This document shows positions 46,315-56,692 of a stretch of 64,000 nucleotides of DNA, in pieces. The stretch lies in the IMG/VR virus record IMGVR_UViG_3300032050_000075, positions 16,960-80,959 of that record; one strand, 5' to 3'. Each line of letters starts with the position of its first letter. Within the stretch, counting starts at the first letter, position 1. The stretch comes from a virus. A model generated the notes under the pieces. That model did no database searches, was not told where the DNA came from, and was given only the letters and a program-made list of their open reading frames with translations. The translations under genes and the position numbers were made by a program.

Positions 46315-47883
46315 TTAGTTCGGAACTCGGATTATATCAGTTTCACAAGAAATCTCCTTAAGACCATACTGAGCACTTGATTGCTGTGACACAACTTTTA
46401 CTTTATATCTGTTATTTACAGAGTATAAACCCGGAAACACATATGTTCGTGCTCCGCCATTATATGTAACTTGGTCAGTAAATATTACCGATCCCCATGC
46501 ATCATTAGGGACATATTCATATAACGAGATATTGTAAGTTGTATCTGCACTTGCAGCATTCCAGGTTAAAGTAAGTCCGCCACTAACATTAGGATTAACA
46601 TTAGTACCTATCAATGCAAAGGACCTATCCTGACACCAGTTCTCATTATAGAATTCATACTGAGCATTATTATTACAAGTTAAACCAGTATCTGTAGTTA
46701 CTTGCAGATTTGCTCCAATAGCATACCATACTGACTGTGCAAGAACAGGACCGATTGCGTTACCAGATATATCAACTGAGAATACTGCACCAGAGTTAAT
46801 GCTAGTAACTATATCTGGATTAAAAGCAACACCAGTGTGACCAAAAGCATCAATAATGGCAAATGGTTGTGGTGTGCCAGCGCCACCAGCAATAGTAAAT
46901 TCAGCTGGAACATCACCTGAAAAATAAATATCTATAAATCTTCCTGCCCTTACTCCTGACGCTGTAAGACCAAAATCTACATCACTGCAGTTAGGTCCAC
47001 AACATGAAAGGTTAGCTGCTTGAAGTGTAATTAGTGCTTCCCTCATATCACATACAGTACGCCATAAATTACTTACTGCATCTGCTAATGCTGTATACTC
47101 TACTTCTGGTACCCAACCAGGAATATTTGCCATAATAGCTCTGGGGTTTGCTAATTGCGGAAGTTCAGCTAATCCAGCACATTGACCATTAAGTGCATTA
47201 TTAACTTCTGCTGTAGTACCAATAATTGCAGTGTATCTACAATATTCTTGTTCGAAGTCTAGCAAAAAAGTCTCAATAGTCTTTTCTACTCCACCCCCTA
47301 TACAGAAACCAGATGTAATAGTTTCTGGTTCTAAACCACCATTAATAATATTTTGAATTTCTGTTTCTGTACTAGTAACTCTGTTTTGCAAATCAGTGAC
47401 GGCGGAAGTTAAGGTATTTACTTCGGCAACAATTGTACAGATTCTTGTACCAACTAGGATTATATAATCTCTAAGTGGTAATTCTGTAATTACATTTCCC
47501 AGGGGATCCGTAGGTTGTAAGCACAGGGCAACTGAAACCAAACAATCATCTGGACATGTTGATGTATTAGGATCTAAGTCAAATCCATTGTTTTCAAGTA
47601 CTGCCTCAACAGTACATGTCTTATTGATCAAAATTTGAATAACATCTGCAAAAGTTCCAGGTTCTGGAGCAATTGCACCAAAACAAGAAATGTCTAATAC
47701 ACTGATATTCAATTGATCAGTAATTGTGCAAAGTTCTTCTGCAAGTTTTGCTACTGTGTCACTAACACTATCCCCTGTACAAAGTTTAATACAGGGAATA
47801 TCTGGACCTTGCCAGATCACACAGTTAGAAGAAATAGGATTACATCCCTCTTGCGTATCTTTTGGTTTTATAGGAAGTGCCAT
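46315..47883 (-). CDS. Cys-rich fibre/spike-like structural protein (522 aa)
   Basis: CNPISSNCVIWQGPDIPCIKLCTGD N-terminal domain, coiled-coil segment, FN3-like C-terminus. Confidence 0.65.
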   Translation of the reverse strand: MALPIKPKDTQEGCNPISSNCVIWQGPDIPCIKLCTGDSVSDTVAKLAEELCTITDQLNISVLDISCFGAIAPEPGTFADVIQILINKTCTVEAVLENNGFDLDPNTSTCPDDCLVSVALCLQPTDPLGNVITELPLRDYIILVGTRICTIVAEVNTLTSAVTDLQNRVTSTETEIQNIINGGLEPETITSGFCIGGGVEKTIETFLLDFEQEYCRYTAIIGTTAEVNNALNGQCAGLAELPQLANPRAIMANIPGWVPEVEYTALADAVSNLWRTVCDMREALITLQAANLSCCGPNCSDVDFGLTASGVRAGRFIDIYFSGDVPAEFTIAGGAGTPQPFAIIDAFGHTGVAFNPDIVTSINSGAVFSVDISGNAIGPVLAQSVWYAIGANLQVTTDTGLTCNNNAQYEFYNENWCQDRSFALIGTNVNPNVSGGLTLTWNAASADTTYNISLYEYVPNDAWGSVIFTDQVTYNGGARTYVFPGLYSVNNRYKVKVVSQQSSAQYGLKEISCETDIIRVPN

Positions 47884-47920
47884 ATCTATAATTTACTAAA
47901 AATTTACTCTATTAAAAAAA

Positions 47921-48859
47921 TTAAGGTAGAAAAAATGGTTCTACCGTTAGATTTACTATTGGTGAGCAGTTAAGTGGTGCTGGTGGTTCTGGATCAGGGG
48001 ATACGCATGGTTCTTCAATAGGGGGAATAATTACGACACACTGATCAGGAGGATTGATTCTAGAATAATCAGATAACTCTTTTTTAATCCAAAGCTTCTC
48101 AAAATTTACATCTGCACAGCAATTGCTGATTCCATTCTTAACCTGATTAAATAACTTATAGTAGTTATTAGCAAACATCTTATTATCTTTTATCTCACAG
48201 TCTGAATCTACTATATGATAAAACTTTTTATAGGGTTTTTGCTTAGATTGAGGAATATCACAACAATCAATATCTTCAATATTTACAGGAGGATAACAGC
48301 ATTCACAATCTGGATATGCATAAGTGATCGTGTATTCATCACATGGGCATCCTGTATCCTCTGTATATGGTCCAAGTACCGTAAAGCAAACCCCTGGATA
48401 TTCTTGAATATTAACTACCATATCAACATAGGCAGTCATATCTGAAGTTGTAACTAACGCATAATCAGGCGATTGAATAATATCTTCTGGTGCTGCTGGT
48501 GGATTATTAAAGAACTCTGTAGATCTACAGTTTGCTAACACATAAGCTCTTGCTAGGTTTGGACAAACTGTCCCAAATTCTGTAGTTGTCCAAAACTGGA
48601 CTAAGGTTCCTAGATCATCATTTATTCTATTAGCGCTATTTGCACATTCAATGCATTCAACTGTTTGTCCAAATCCGTCACATACGTTTGTAATTGTATA
48701 ATATTGCTCAGCAAAATGCAGAGGATCACTAATCTGGATTACATTACCAATACCAGCTAGGTTTACAATATTATCAACCTCTGTTGTATTATAAGTAAAA
48801 TAGTAAGAGACCTCTTGTCTCCTACAACTTACTAGTGTGACGCATCTACTTGCATTCAT
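47921..48859 (-). CDS. Cys-rich structural protein (312 aa) sharing the YxLxNC...YPGxC...CxxC repeat
   Basis: AYVLANC...AYVDMVVNIQEYPGVCFTV...YPDCECC matches the repeats in the 1158 and 1153 aa proteins. Confidence 0.65.
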   Translation of the reverse strand: MNASRCVTLVSCRRQEVSYYFTYNTTEVDNIVNLAGIGNVIQISDPLHFAEQYYTITNVCDGFGQTVECIECANSANRINDDLGTLVQFWTTTEFGTVCPNLARAYVLANCRSTEFFNNPPAAPEDIIQSPDYALVTTSDMTAYVDMVVNIQEYPGVCFTVLGPYTEDTGCPCDEYTITYAYPDCECCYPPVNIEDIDCCDIPQSKQKPYKKFYHIVDSDCEIKDNKMFANNYYKLFNQVKNGISNCCADVNFEKLWIKKELSDYSRINPPDQCVVIIPPIEEPCVSPDPEPPAPLNCSPIVNLTVEPFFLP

Positions 48860-48871
48860 TTTTCTTTTTCC

Positions 48872-51800
48872 TTATATACATTTTATACATGGTGTACAAT
48901 CAGCAAAATCAAGCTCAGGAGATATTGCGTATATATCATCTGGACAGAATGTTACTCTACTTATAATATACGAAGATCCTTGCTGAATTGTCCAAAGATT
49001 TGCAAATGGACATTCAGAATCATTTGTATTAAACCCATATATTTCTAGGGTATTCTGATCAAAAAGCTCCCACCTATTAGGATTAACATTCCATGCAATA
49101 GCTAATTGACCGCCATCCTCCGTAGCAAATCTGTAGTTTTTTCTACCATTAAAAAGATTTACTTCAGCATTTACATTATACTCTACTCCATTTACTATTA
49201 TTTTTATACAGTTACATTTTGGATCTGATACTGTAAAGCATAATCCTGGGAAACCAGCCGCTGTTATAGTTCTACCTAAATAAGGTAGTAAGTTTGTATT
49301 GCTAATAAGATATACGTTTTCATTTGCACAGTTGGTCAGTTGGTAATACCTTACAAGACAAGATGGGCAATCAAGATATGGCGGACCACTTAACGTTAGT
49401 ATTTCTGGATTTGGTAAAGCACTTTGCTCATCAGTACATGCCCAGCAATTTCCAGGATACTCCTGTAGTGTAACTACTTGACCAACATATTGAGAAAAGT
49501 CTTGTCTTGTATTTATAACTACATTCTCATTATCGCAATTAGTGAATACGTATGATGTAACAGGCGTACATATTTCGCAAGTTGCATATGCTTGAGTAAC
49601 AACAACATCTTGATATATGGCTTGTATTTCAGTATCTAATTCGACTAAGTAACACTTAGTTCCAAAGCCTTGTATATTAACATATTGACCAACATATCCT
49701 TGCAAATCATTAGTTGCGGCAGCACAATAGATTACATCACTTTCATTATTGCAATCTGTTAATTTATAATTTATAGTAACTTGCCTTGGACAATCTTGGC
49801 AACCTCCTCCAGTAAAATCAATGCCTGCTGGAGTAATACCGCTTTCTTCATAAGTATTATCTGAACCAATGTTTTCAATTAAGAAACAACGATCAGGGTA
49901 ATTATTATGTGTAATTACATTAGTTCCTGCATCTAGTAAAGTTTGAAACTCAGAATTCTGAGTATAAATAATAAACGTGTTCTCTAGGCAATCTGTCAAT
50001 CGATACCAAGGTTGTGGAGGTGGTGCAAGACAAGCAGGACAACCATCATATTCAGTATCTTGCTGTCTAATGTAGAAAAAATTTGGATTTGCTACGCCTG
50101 TTTCATTTATTTTCCAGCATCCGGTTCCGCCATCATAAAAAAATGGATCAGAATCAACAGCACCTTTTGGTCGTAACTTTATTACTTGTCCTGGAGTTAA
50201 AATAGAAAATGGACTTATTACATTTACCTTTTCTTGAGTAGCGCAGTTTTCTAATTCAAACGTGCAAGGGGTTGAAGTATATTGCTCATAGCATAAACAA
50301 TAGCCTAGATTATCATTTCCTGGGTTTGGTATACACCCCTCAGGACAAACAGGAGATGAGATGATTTCAGCAGCCAATCCTAATCTAATTTGATCTGCAA
50401 CAAACTGTGCGTTATCAAAATATCCACCATCAAGAAAATAATAATTATCTCCCCTATTTGGCACTCTTGAAGGTATTACATAATCAGGACCTAAAGGTGG
50501 ATTATTTTGCGCACGTACATATGGATAAACTACTAAAAAACCCTCTGTTGAATATCTTTCAAACGGACTTCCTAAAACAATTGTCATATAGGTAAATCCT
50601 ATACCATTATTCAGCTGCTCCTTGGCATTTTTAATCAGCTGATACATATTATTTGGAACATTTGCCCAGTTTGCTTGCAAATCTGGAAGATCTGATGGAA
50701 CAATGGGTAAAATTCCAATATCACTTAAATCACAGCTTCTTTGTATTCCAGGTGCATTACCCGTACCATCAGGACCATCAGTAAATAATAGTAATACATT
50801 TTTTGCATTTGGTCTACGCACTGAAGCATCATTTAATGCCCTGATTGCAACACAATTTATTTCTGTATGATTTGTGCCATTATTATTACATAAATTACCT
50901 GGCGGGGTTGTTTCAATTGCCTCTCTAAGTGAAGTAATATCACTTGTAAAATCTTGTATTATACATGTCGCAGAAGACCAACCTATGACAGATATTTCTA
51001 TTGATTGATCTAATAATCTATCCTCTAGCTTTGTTAATAATAATTGTATTAAAGATCTAAAAATTGTTAATTCGTCAGGAGGAGTTGGTGGACGACTAAC
51101 ACTTTGTGAATAGTCCAATGCAATTACAATATTCATTGGAACGATAGTGCTTGGTTTTGCACAGGCACCAAGAAATTCTGAATAAATATATGGTGGTTTA
51201 CATAAAGTACCAACCAGTCTATCGTCTCTATAGCAGTCCCCGGCCACGCCTACCAAAGTAGAAAAAGCTTCACTGCAGGTACTGCATTCAACAAGGGGAG
51301 TTGCTGCTATTGCTTTAGGATTTATCCAGGACGGTTGTGGATTAAATATAAAAGTCCTACCTCCATCAACTGATTTATAGGTACCGGCGGGAGATTTGCT
51401 TAAACCTAAAACAATATTTTCTGATAAGGCAATAATATCAACGCACATTCCTGGAATTGTTGATCTGAGTTGCCAAGTAAATCCGTTGTCATTAGAGTAA
51501 TATAGTCTGCTACTGCTATCTAAAAAATAAACCTTTGATCTATACTCTATATAATCTATAGATGCATCTTCTACATAGGGATCGGTGTTATATGTTGGTG
51601 GTACTGATGCAAACTTTACAGACAAGTCATTTGCTATACTACCTACTGTAACCCCACCTAATAATACTGGTACCGGTGCTTCAGTTAAAGATGGATTTAT
51701 GCTATACAGCGATCCTCTAACTGAATCAGGATCACCAATTGCAAATACTACATTTCTTTCTGGACTTGCCCATACCCCTCTTATTATTCCCATTGTTCCT

Positions 51801-52348
51801 GGAAGAACTAGGGCATCTGGAAATGATTGTCCTCTATCAAATGTGCGTGTTAAAATCTGATCTGCCGATGCATTGTTCTGATCTCCGGCAATAGTCACAT
51901 ATCCACCAGCACTATTTAAAAAATCAAAACTTGTAACAGTAATATTATTATAAACAGAACCTGCATAATTAAAAAGTGGAGCGACATCAATAGTAGTTCC
52001 TATTGTTTGCCCATTATCAAATGACATTCCTAATCTAGAACCACTACCTGTTCCAGAATTTGTACTGCCAAAAACATAGGTAGATTGCCCAACATATGTA
52101 ACTTCTTTACCAAATGTATTTTGTCCAGCTTGGTACGTAACACCATTATCAGAAGAATAATATGGTGTAGTATTAATACCATCACCATATGTAATTACTG
52201 AATCTGAGGATAGGCGGTCACCTAAAGCAATATCATGAACTTCTGATGTTAATGCATTAGATGTTACTTGTGTAAAAGTAGCTCCCTCATCTTCTGAAAC
52301 ATATACCCCATTAGTATTTCTTGTAACTACGTATATAATATTAGCCAT
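48872..52348 (-). CDS. Asp-box (BNR) propeller + vWA + Cys-rich repeat protein (1158 aa), putative adhesin/receptor-binding protein
   Basis: SEDEG/SSDNG/SFDNG/TFDRG/SNDNG/SVDGG Asp-boxes; vWA MIDAS LDYSQS...TNHT...FTDG; five 4-Cys repeats. Confidence 0.75.
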   Translation of the reverse strand: MANIIYVVTRNTNGVYVSEDEGATFTQVTSNALTSEVHDIALGDRLSSDSVITYGDGINTTPYYSSDNGVTYQAGQNTFGKEVTYVGQSTYVFGSTNSGTGSGSRLGMSFDNGQTIGTTIDVAPLFNYAGSVYNNITVTSFDFLNSAGGYVTIAGDQNNASADQILTRTFDRGQSFPDALVLPGTMGIIRGVWASPERNVVFAIGDPDSVRGSLYSINPSLTEAPVPVLLGGVTVGSIANDLSVKFASVPPTYNTDPYVEDASIDYIEYRSKVYFLDSSSRLYYSNDNGFTWQLRSTIPGMCVDIIALSENIVLGLSKSPAGTYKSVDGGRTFIFNPQPSWINPKAIAATPLVECSTCSEAFSTLVGVAGDCYRDDRLVGTLCKPPYIYSEFLGACAKPSTIVPMNIVIALDYSQSVSRPPTPPDELTIFRSLIQLLLTKLEDRLLDQSIEISVIGWSSATCIIQDFTSDITSLREAIETTPPGNLCNNNGTNHTEINCVAIRALNDASVRRPNAKNVLLLFTDGPDGTGNAPGIQRSCDLSDIGILPIVPSDLPDLQANWANVPNNMYQLIKNAKEQLNNGIGFTYMTIVLGSPFERYSTEGFLVVYPYVRAQNNPPLGPDYVIPSRVPNRGDNYYFLDGGYFDNAQFVADQIRLGLAAEIISSPVCPEGCIPNPGNDNLGYCLCYEQYTSTPCTFELENCATQEKVNVISPFSILTPGQVIKLRPKGAVDSDPFFYDGGTGCWKINETGVANPNFFYIRQQDTEYDGCPACLAPPPQPWYRLTDCLENTFIIYTQNSEFQTLLDAGTNVITHNNYPDRCFLIENIGSDNTYEESGITPAGIDFTGGGCQDCPRQVTINYKLTDCNNESDVIYCAAATNDLQGYVGQYVNIQGFGTKCYLVELDTEIQAIYQDVVVTQAYATCEICTPVTSYVFTNCDNENVVINTRQDFSQYVGQVVTLQEYPGNCWACTDEQSALPNPEILTLSGPPYLDCPSCLVRYYQLTNCANENVYLISNTNLLPYLGRTITAAGFPGLCFTVSDPKCNCIKIIVNGVEYNVNAEVNLFNGRKNYRFATEDGGQLAIAWNVNPNRWELFDQNTLEIYGFNTNDSECPFANLWTIQQGSSYIISRVTFCPDDIYAISPELDFADCTPCIKCI

Positions 52349-52360
52349 GTAAATTTTTTA

Positions 52361-55300
52361 TTATATGCATTTTATGCATGGATCACAGTTATCAAAATCA
52401 AGTTCTGGTGCAATATTGTATATTCTTTCTACACAAAATGAAACTCCTGTTATGATATATGGTGATCCTTGCTGTATAGTCCAAAAGTTACTAAATGGGC
52501 ATTCTGCATCTCTTGTGCTAAACCCATAGGTTTCTAATGTCTGACTATTAAATAACTCCCATCTACTTGGATTATTATTCCAAGCTAATCCTAAACTATC
52601 ACCAGACTCTGATTCAAATAGATATAATGTTCTTCCATTATATAGAGTAGATGCTTTACTTACATCATATTGTATATCATTAACAGTTATTCTTACGCAA
52701 TCACATTTTGGTTGTGTAACACTAAAACATAGACTTGGAAATCCAGCAGCAGTAATAGTCCTACCCATATACCTTGATAGCTCTAAAGATGAACTTATTA
52801 AAAATATATTTGGATTTGCGCAATTTGTTAATTGATAATATGTAGTTAAGCAAGCCGGACAACTATCAAACGGATTCCCATCTATAGTAAGTTGTTCTCT
52901 TGGTGCAGCAGATGCAGCCACAGCATTACAGGTCCAACAATTTCCTGGATATTCCTGTAATCTAACAACTTGTCCATCATATTGAAAAAAGTCATTAGTT
53001 GTTGCTAATATAGTTTGTTCCTCCTCACAATTTATAAATTCAAAAATCTGGGGCGGGTTACATTCTATGCAATCTGCAAATGATTCAGTTATAACAACAG
53101 GTTGTATAATAGGTGAATCATCAGAAGTTAATTCAACTGTCCAGCAAGTTGTTGCAGAAATATCTAACTTTACTACCTGACCTAAATATGCTTGTACGTC
53201 ATCTTCAGTATAAATAAAATTATTTGGATCGTTACAGAAATCTGTTAATTTATACCGTATTGCTGCTCTTGGACACAGTCCACAACCATCTAATACTAGA
53301 TCTATACCTGTAGTAAAATCATCAACAAGAGTATAAATATCAGCAGGCACTGGATCAATCCTCCAACATCCAGGATATACACTGTTCGTTACAACAGGTG
53401 TATTTGCAGAAATATAGGATGATAAATCCTCTACTGTATAAAGTATTTCTAATGGGTTATCGCAATTTGTTAAGCTATAATAATTAGGTTCTGGTGTACC
53501 AGTACAATCTTCGCACCTAGTAAAAAATGTGTCTTCATATATAACTAGTTTAAGAAGTCCCGGATTTTCATTAACAAAAGGTGGATAATCAACATAAAAA
53601 CATCCAGGATAATAAATAAAATCATCGGGATCACCAGTATTTTCTGGAGTAGGTTCAATTAATCTTATTATTTTCCCAAGCAGTCCGTTTGCACGAGGTG
53701 TAGTAAATCTAACTTCAAACGGTGGAATTTGACCAGAGCAATCTGTAAGTAGGACTGTGCAGTTTGGTAAACTAAATGTCTCATTAGCATTACAATATCC
53801 TAAATTATCTTGTCCAGCAATACCAACTGTACCCGTCGGGCAAGGTGCCGACGCTATAATTTCAGCAGCTAGACCTAATCTTAGTTGATCAGCAACAAAT
53901 CCAGCTGTATCAAATGTACCAGCATCAAAATAAAAATAATTTCCACTTGGTGCATAATAAGTAGGTATAGCTAAACTAGGACCTGGAGTACCAATTGCCC
54001 AATTATAAAGATTAAATCTTTCGAATGGTGTACCAAGGAACACCATCATAACCTTCATTCCTTTATTATTATTAAGCTGTGTTTTAGCATTTTTTAATAA
54101 TGCAAACATGCTAGTATTAATAGTACCTGCCGACTCAAAAAAACTACTTGTTGCTGGAACTATGGGGAGTAAACCTATATCAGAAAGGTCACAAGATTCA
54201 ACAGAAGAACCAGGAGGATAGGGTGGATTACGAGGACCACTATGTGCACCATCGCTAAATAAAATAAGCACATTTTCAGCATCCGGTCTAGCAACAGATT
54301 CCTCATAGAGGAGCCTTATTCCTTCACACATTCCAGGTGTATGATTTGTCAAACTTGCAAAACATTCCCCAGGAGGATTAGTATCAATTACTTCACGTAA
54401 TATATCTATATCTGAAGTAAAAGGTTGTTGTATACAAGCTTTATCTGACCATCCAATAACTGCAATTTTCATACTACCATCTAAAAGCCTATCTTCTAAT
54501 TTTGTTAGAAGCAGTTTTAGATATTGTCTATACAATAGTCTTTCTTGTGAACCAATACTACCAGAATAATCAAGACTAAGTACAAGATTTGTAGGTACAA
54601 TTGTAGATGGTTTAGCACATGCTTCAAAAACAGTTGAATACTGATATGGCGATTTGCACAATGGTCCTGTAAAGGAATTTTTGATACACCTTATTGGTAG
54701 GTTACCGTAGATTCCCTCATACTGTTCAGGACAATCTTCACATGTAGCTATTGATGCACTAGTTATTCCTACTGGAGAAATCCATGCTGGTTGAGGATTG
54801 AATATAAATGTTGTTCCTCCATCAACCGATTTATAGACGCCTATTGGTGATTTAGATAATATAATTATTATATTTTCAGATAGAACAATCATATCAACAG
54901 GTTGACACGGCACTGTTGATTTAAACGTCCATGTAAATCCATAATCTGAGGAATAATATAATTTTCCTCCACTATCTAAAAAATATACACGAGATCTTGA
55001 GGCAATAGATCCTGCCTGTGGATTAACGTTTTGAGGAGGGTTGGGATCATCATATATTTGAGGGACAGATACAAATTTTACAGCAAGGTCATTTGTTATA
55101 CTGCCGATAGTTATTCCATCTAATACTTTTACGGGAGCTTCTGTTAATGAAGGATTTACACTATATAATGCTCCTCTAAGCGTATCTGGTTCTCCAATTG
55201 CAAAAACAATGTTTCTATCAGGACTTACCCATACATCTCTAATGATTCCCATATTACCAGGAAGTATTAAAGCATCAGGAAATGTTAATCCCCTATCAAA

Positions 55301-55822
55301 TGTTCTTGTTAAAATTTGATCGGCTGATGAATTATTTTGATCGCCAGCAATTGTAATATAACCACCAACAATATTAGGAAAATCGAAACCAGTAATCGTT
55401 ATATTATTGTAGACTGCCCCTGGATAATTAAAAACCGGTGTTACATCAACTGTAGCGCTAATGGTGCCACCATTATTCAATGATATACCGATTCTAGCAC
55501 CTGATCCCGTAATTGTTTTAGGGCCGCCAAAAACAAATCCAAAACTATTTACATATTTTACCTCCTTACCAAAAGTATTTTGCCCAGCAATAAATGTAGA
55601 ACCGCCATCAGATGACCTGTATACACTTGTTGATAAGCCATTTCCATATGATACTACAATATCAGAGTTTTTTCTATCGCTGATAGCAATATCTTGAATT
55701 TCTCCTGTAAGTATATCTGAGGTTACTTGAGTAAATGTAGCTCCCTCATTTTCAGATTTATATAAGCCGCCTGGATTTTTTGTGACGACATACACTACTT
55801 TTTCTAGTACGGGGCGAGCCAT
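52361..55822 (-). CDS. paralog: Asp-box propeller + vWA + Cys-rich repeat protein (1153 aa)
   Basis: Collinear with the 1158-aa protein; MIDAS LDYSGS...TNHT...FSDG; both end CIKCI. Confidence 0.75.
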   Translation of the reverse strand: MARPVLEKVVYVVTKNPGGLYKSENEGATFTQVTSDILTGEIQDIAISDRKNSDIVVSYGNGLSTSVYRSSDGGSTFIAGQNTFGKEVKYVNSFGFVFGGPKTITGSGARIGISLNNGGTISATVDVTPVFNYPGAVYNNITITGFDFPNIVGGYITIAGDQNNSSADQILTRTFDRGLTFPDALILPGNMGIIRDVWVSPDRNIVFAIGEPDTLRGALYSVNPSLTEAPVKVLDGITIGSITNDLAVKFVSVPQIYDDPNPPQNVNPQAGSIASRSRVYFLDSGGKLYYSSDYGFTWTFKSTVPCQPVDMIVLSENIIIILSKSPIGVYKSVDGGTTFIFNPQPAWISPVGITSASIATCEDCPEQYEGIYGNLPIRCIKNSFTGPLCKSPYQYSTVFEACAKPSTIVPTNLVLSLDYSGSIGSQERLLYRQYLKLLLTKLEDRLLDGSMKIAVIGWSDKACIQQPFTSDIDILREVIDTNPPGECFASLTNHTPGMCEGIRLLYEESVARPDAENVLILFSDGAHSGPRNPPYPPGSSVESCDLSDIGLLPIVPATSSFFESAGTINTSMFALLKNAKTQLNNNKGMKVMMVFLGTPFERFNLYNWAIGTPGPSLAIPTYYAPSGNYFYFDAGTFDTAGFVADQLRLGLAAEIIASAPCPTGTVGIAGQDNLGYCNANETFSLPNCTVLLTDCSGQIPPFEVRFTTPRANGLLGKIIRLIEPTPENTGDPDDFIYYPGCFYVDYPPFVNENPGLLKLVIYEDTFFTRCEDCTGTPEPNYYSLTNCDNPLEILYTVEDLSSYISANTPVVTNSVYPGCWRIDPVPADIYTLVDDFTTGIDLVLDGCGLCPRAAIRYKLTDFCNDPNNFIYTEDDVQAYLGQVVKLDISATTCWTVELTSDDSPIIQPVVITESFADCIECNPPQIFEFINCEEEQTILATTNDFFQYDGQVVRLQEYPGNCWTCNAVAASAAPREQLTIDGNPFDSCPACLTTYYQLTNCANPNIFLISSSLELSRYMGRTITAAGFPSLCFSVTQPKCDCVRITVNDIQYDVSKASTLYNGRTLYLFESESGDSLGLAWNNNPSRWELFNSQTLETYGFSTRDAECPFSNFWTIQQGSPYIITGVSFCVERIYNIAPELDFDNCDPCIKCI

Positions 55823-55828
55823 ATTAGT

Positions 55829-56032
55829 TTATTTTAGATTGGCACTATTAATAATTGGAGCAAAAGGATCTATTGAATCTTTTAGATTCGTGTATCTAGT
55901 TTTTGCTGGCTCTGGTTTTGCAGGTTGTGCTGGATTAGTAATACACTTTGTGCATCCTACTTTACCATCAGCTGAAGTTCTTTTTTGACATCCGCAACTC
56001 ATAGTTGCTCCGCAGTTTTGACATTTTGCCAT
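55829..56032 (-). CDS. small Cys-rich (Zn-finger/metallothionein-like) protein (67 aa)
   Basis: CQNCGATMSCGC...CTKC. Confidence 0.65.
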   Translation of the reverse strand: MAKCQNCGATMSCGCQKRTSADGKVGCTKCITNPAQPAKPEPAKTRYTNLKDSIDPFAPIINSANLK

Positions 56033-56049
56033 AATATATTGGTTTTTAA

Positions 56050-56610
56050 TTAGTTACATGAATCACAGCCACAACTGCAGGCCAGTTTGTCTAATCTCTT
56101 AACAACATAATTATAAATATCCATACCTAACCTAGGAGAATGACAATATTCAACTTTTGCCTTAGCTGCTTTTAACATAGTTGTAAGTAACTGTATTTCC
56201 TTAAGTTTCTCCTTTAGTGGAGCTTGAGGATCACAGTCCTGTATATCTAAGCAACAAAGTAAATCATTTATTTTATTCAAAGCAACAGTTGTACGTAAAT
56301 GATTATACTCTACATTAACAATATCGTTTGGATTAACACTATACTTAACAATGTAGACACCATCAGCAAATTCATTATAGTAATTCCCACAATTAGCTGT
56401 CTGAAGTCCTAAGTCACAAGCACTTATGTTTTCCAAAAAACCAGTTTCCAGATTCTCTATAGAGTAAGAGGTAGTAAAACCAGGAGGAGTAATTTCAATT
56501 TTGGTGCAGTCTATAGGTGCCATGTCACTATAGATACTTGCATCTACTACACGAAAAATACACTTGGTCAGTGTATCCGGTATATCTAAAGCTAATTGAT
56601 GTTTTTCCAT
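56050..56610 (-). CDS. Cys-rich structural protein (186 aa), possible tail hub/fibre adaptor
   Basis: DGVYIVKYSVNP motif; C-terminal ACSCGCDSCN. Confidence 0.6.
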   Translation of the reverse strand: MEKHQLALDIPDTLTKCIFRVVDASIYSDMAPIDCTKIEITPPGFTTSYSIENLETGFLENISACDLGLQTANCGNYYNEFADGVYIVKYSVNPNDIVNVEYNHLRTTVALNKINDLLCCLDIQDCDPQAPLKEKLKEIQLLTTMLKAAKAKVEYCHSPRLGMDIYNYVVKRLDKLACSCGCDSCN

Positions 56611-56638
56611 TATAGAAATAGTTGTATTTATAAAAATA

Positions 56639-56678
56639 AAAAAGGAGAGGAGAGTTTATAGCTCCCTCTCCCCTTTTT
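56639..56678 (-). terminator. intrinsic terminator after the 450-aa gene
   Basis: Minus strand GGGGAGAGGGAGC-tataa-ACTCTCCTCTCC followed by a T-tract. Confidence 0.7.
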
Positions 56679-56692
56679 ACTATTTGATTAGA

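Noticed and set aside
48872-55822. Diversity-generating retroelement TR/VR pair in the duplicated adhesin genes
   Set aside because: Similarity spans whole genes at the protein level rather than a ~100-bp adenine-specific repeat, and there is no reverse transcriptase in the window.
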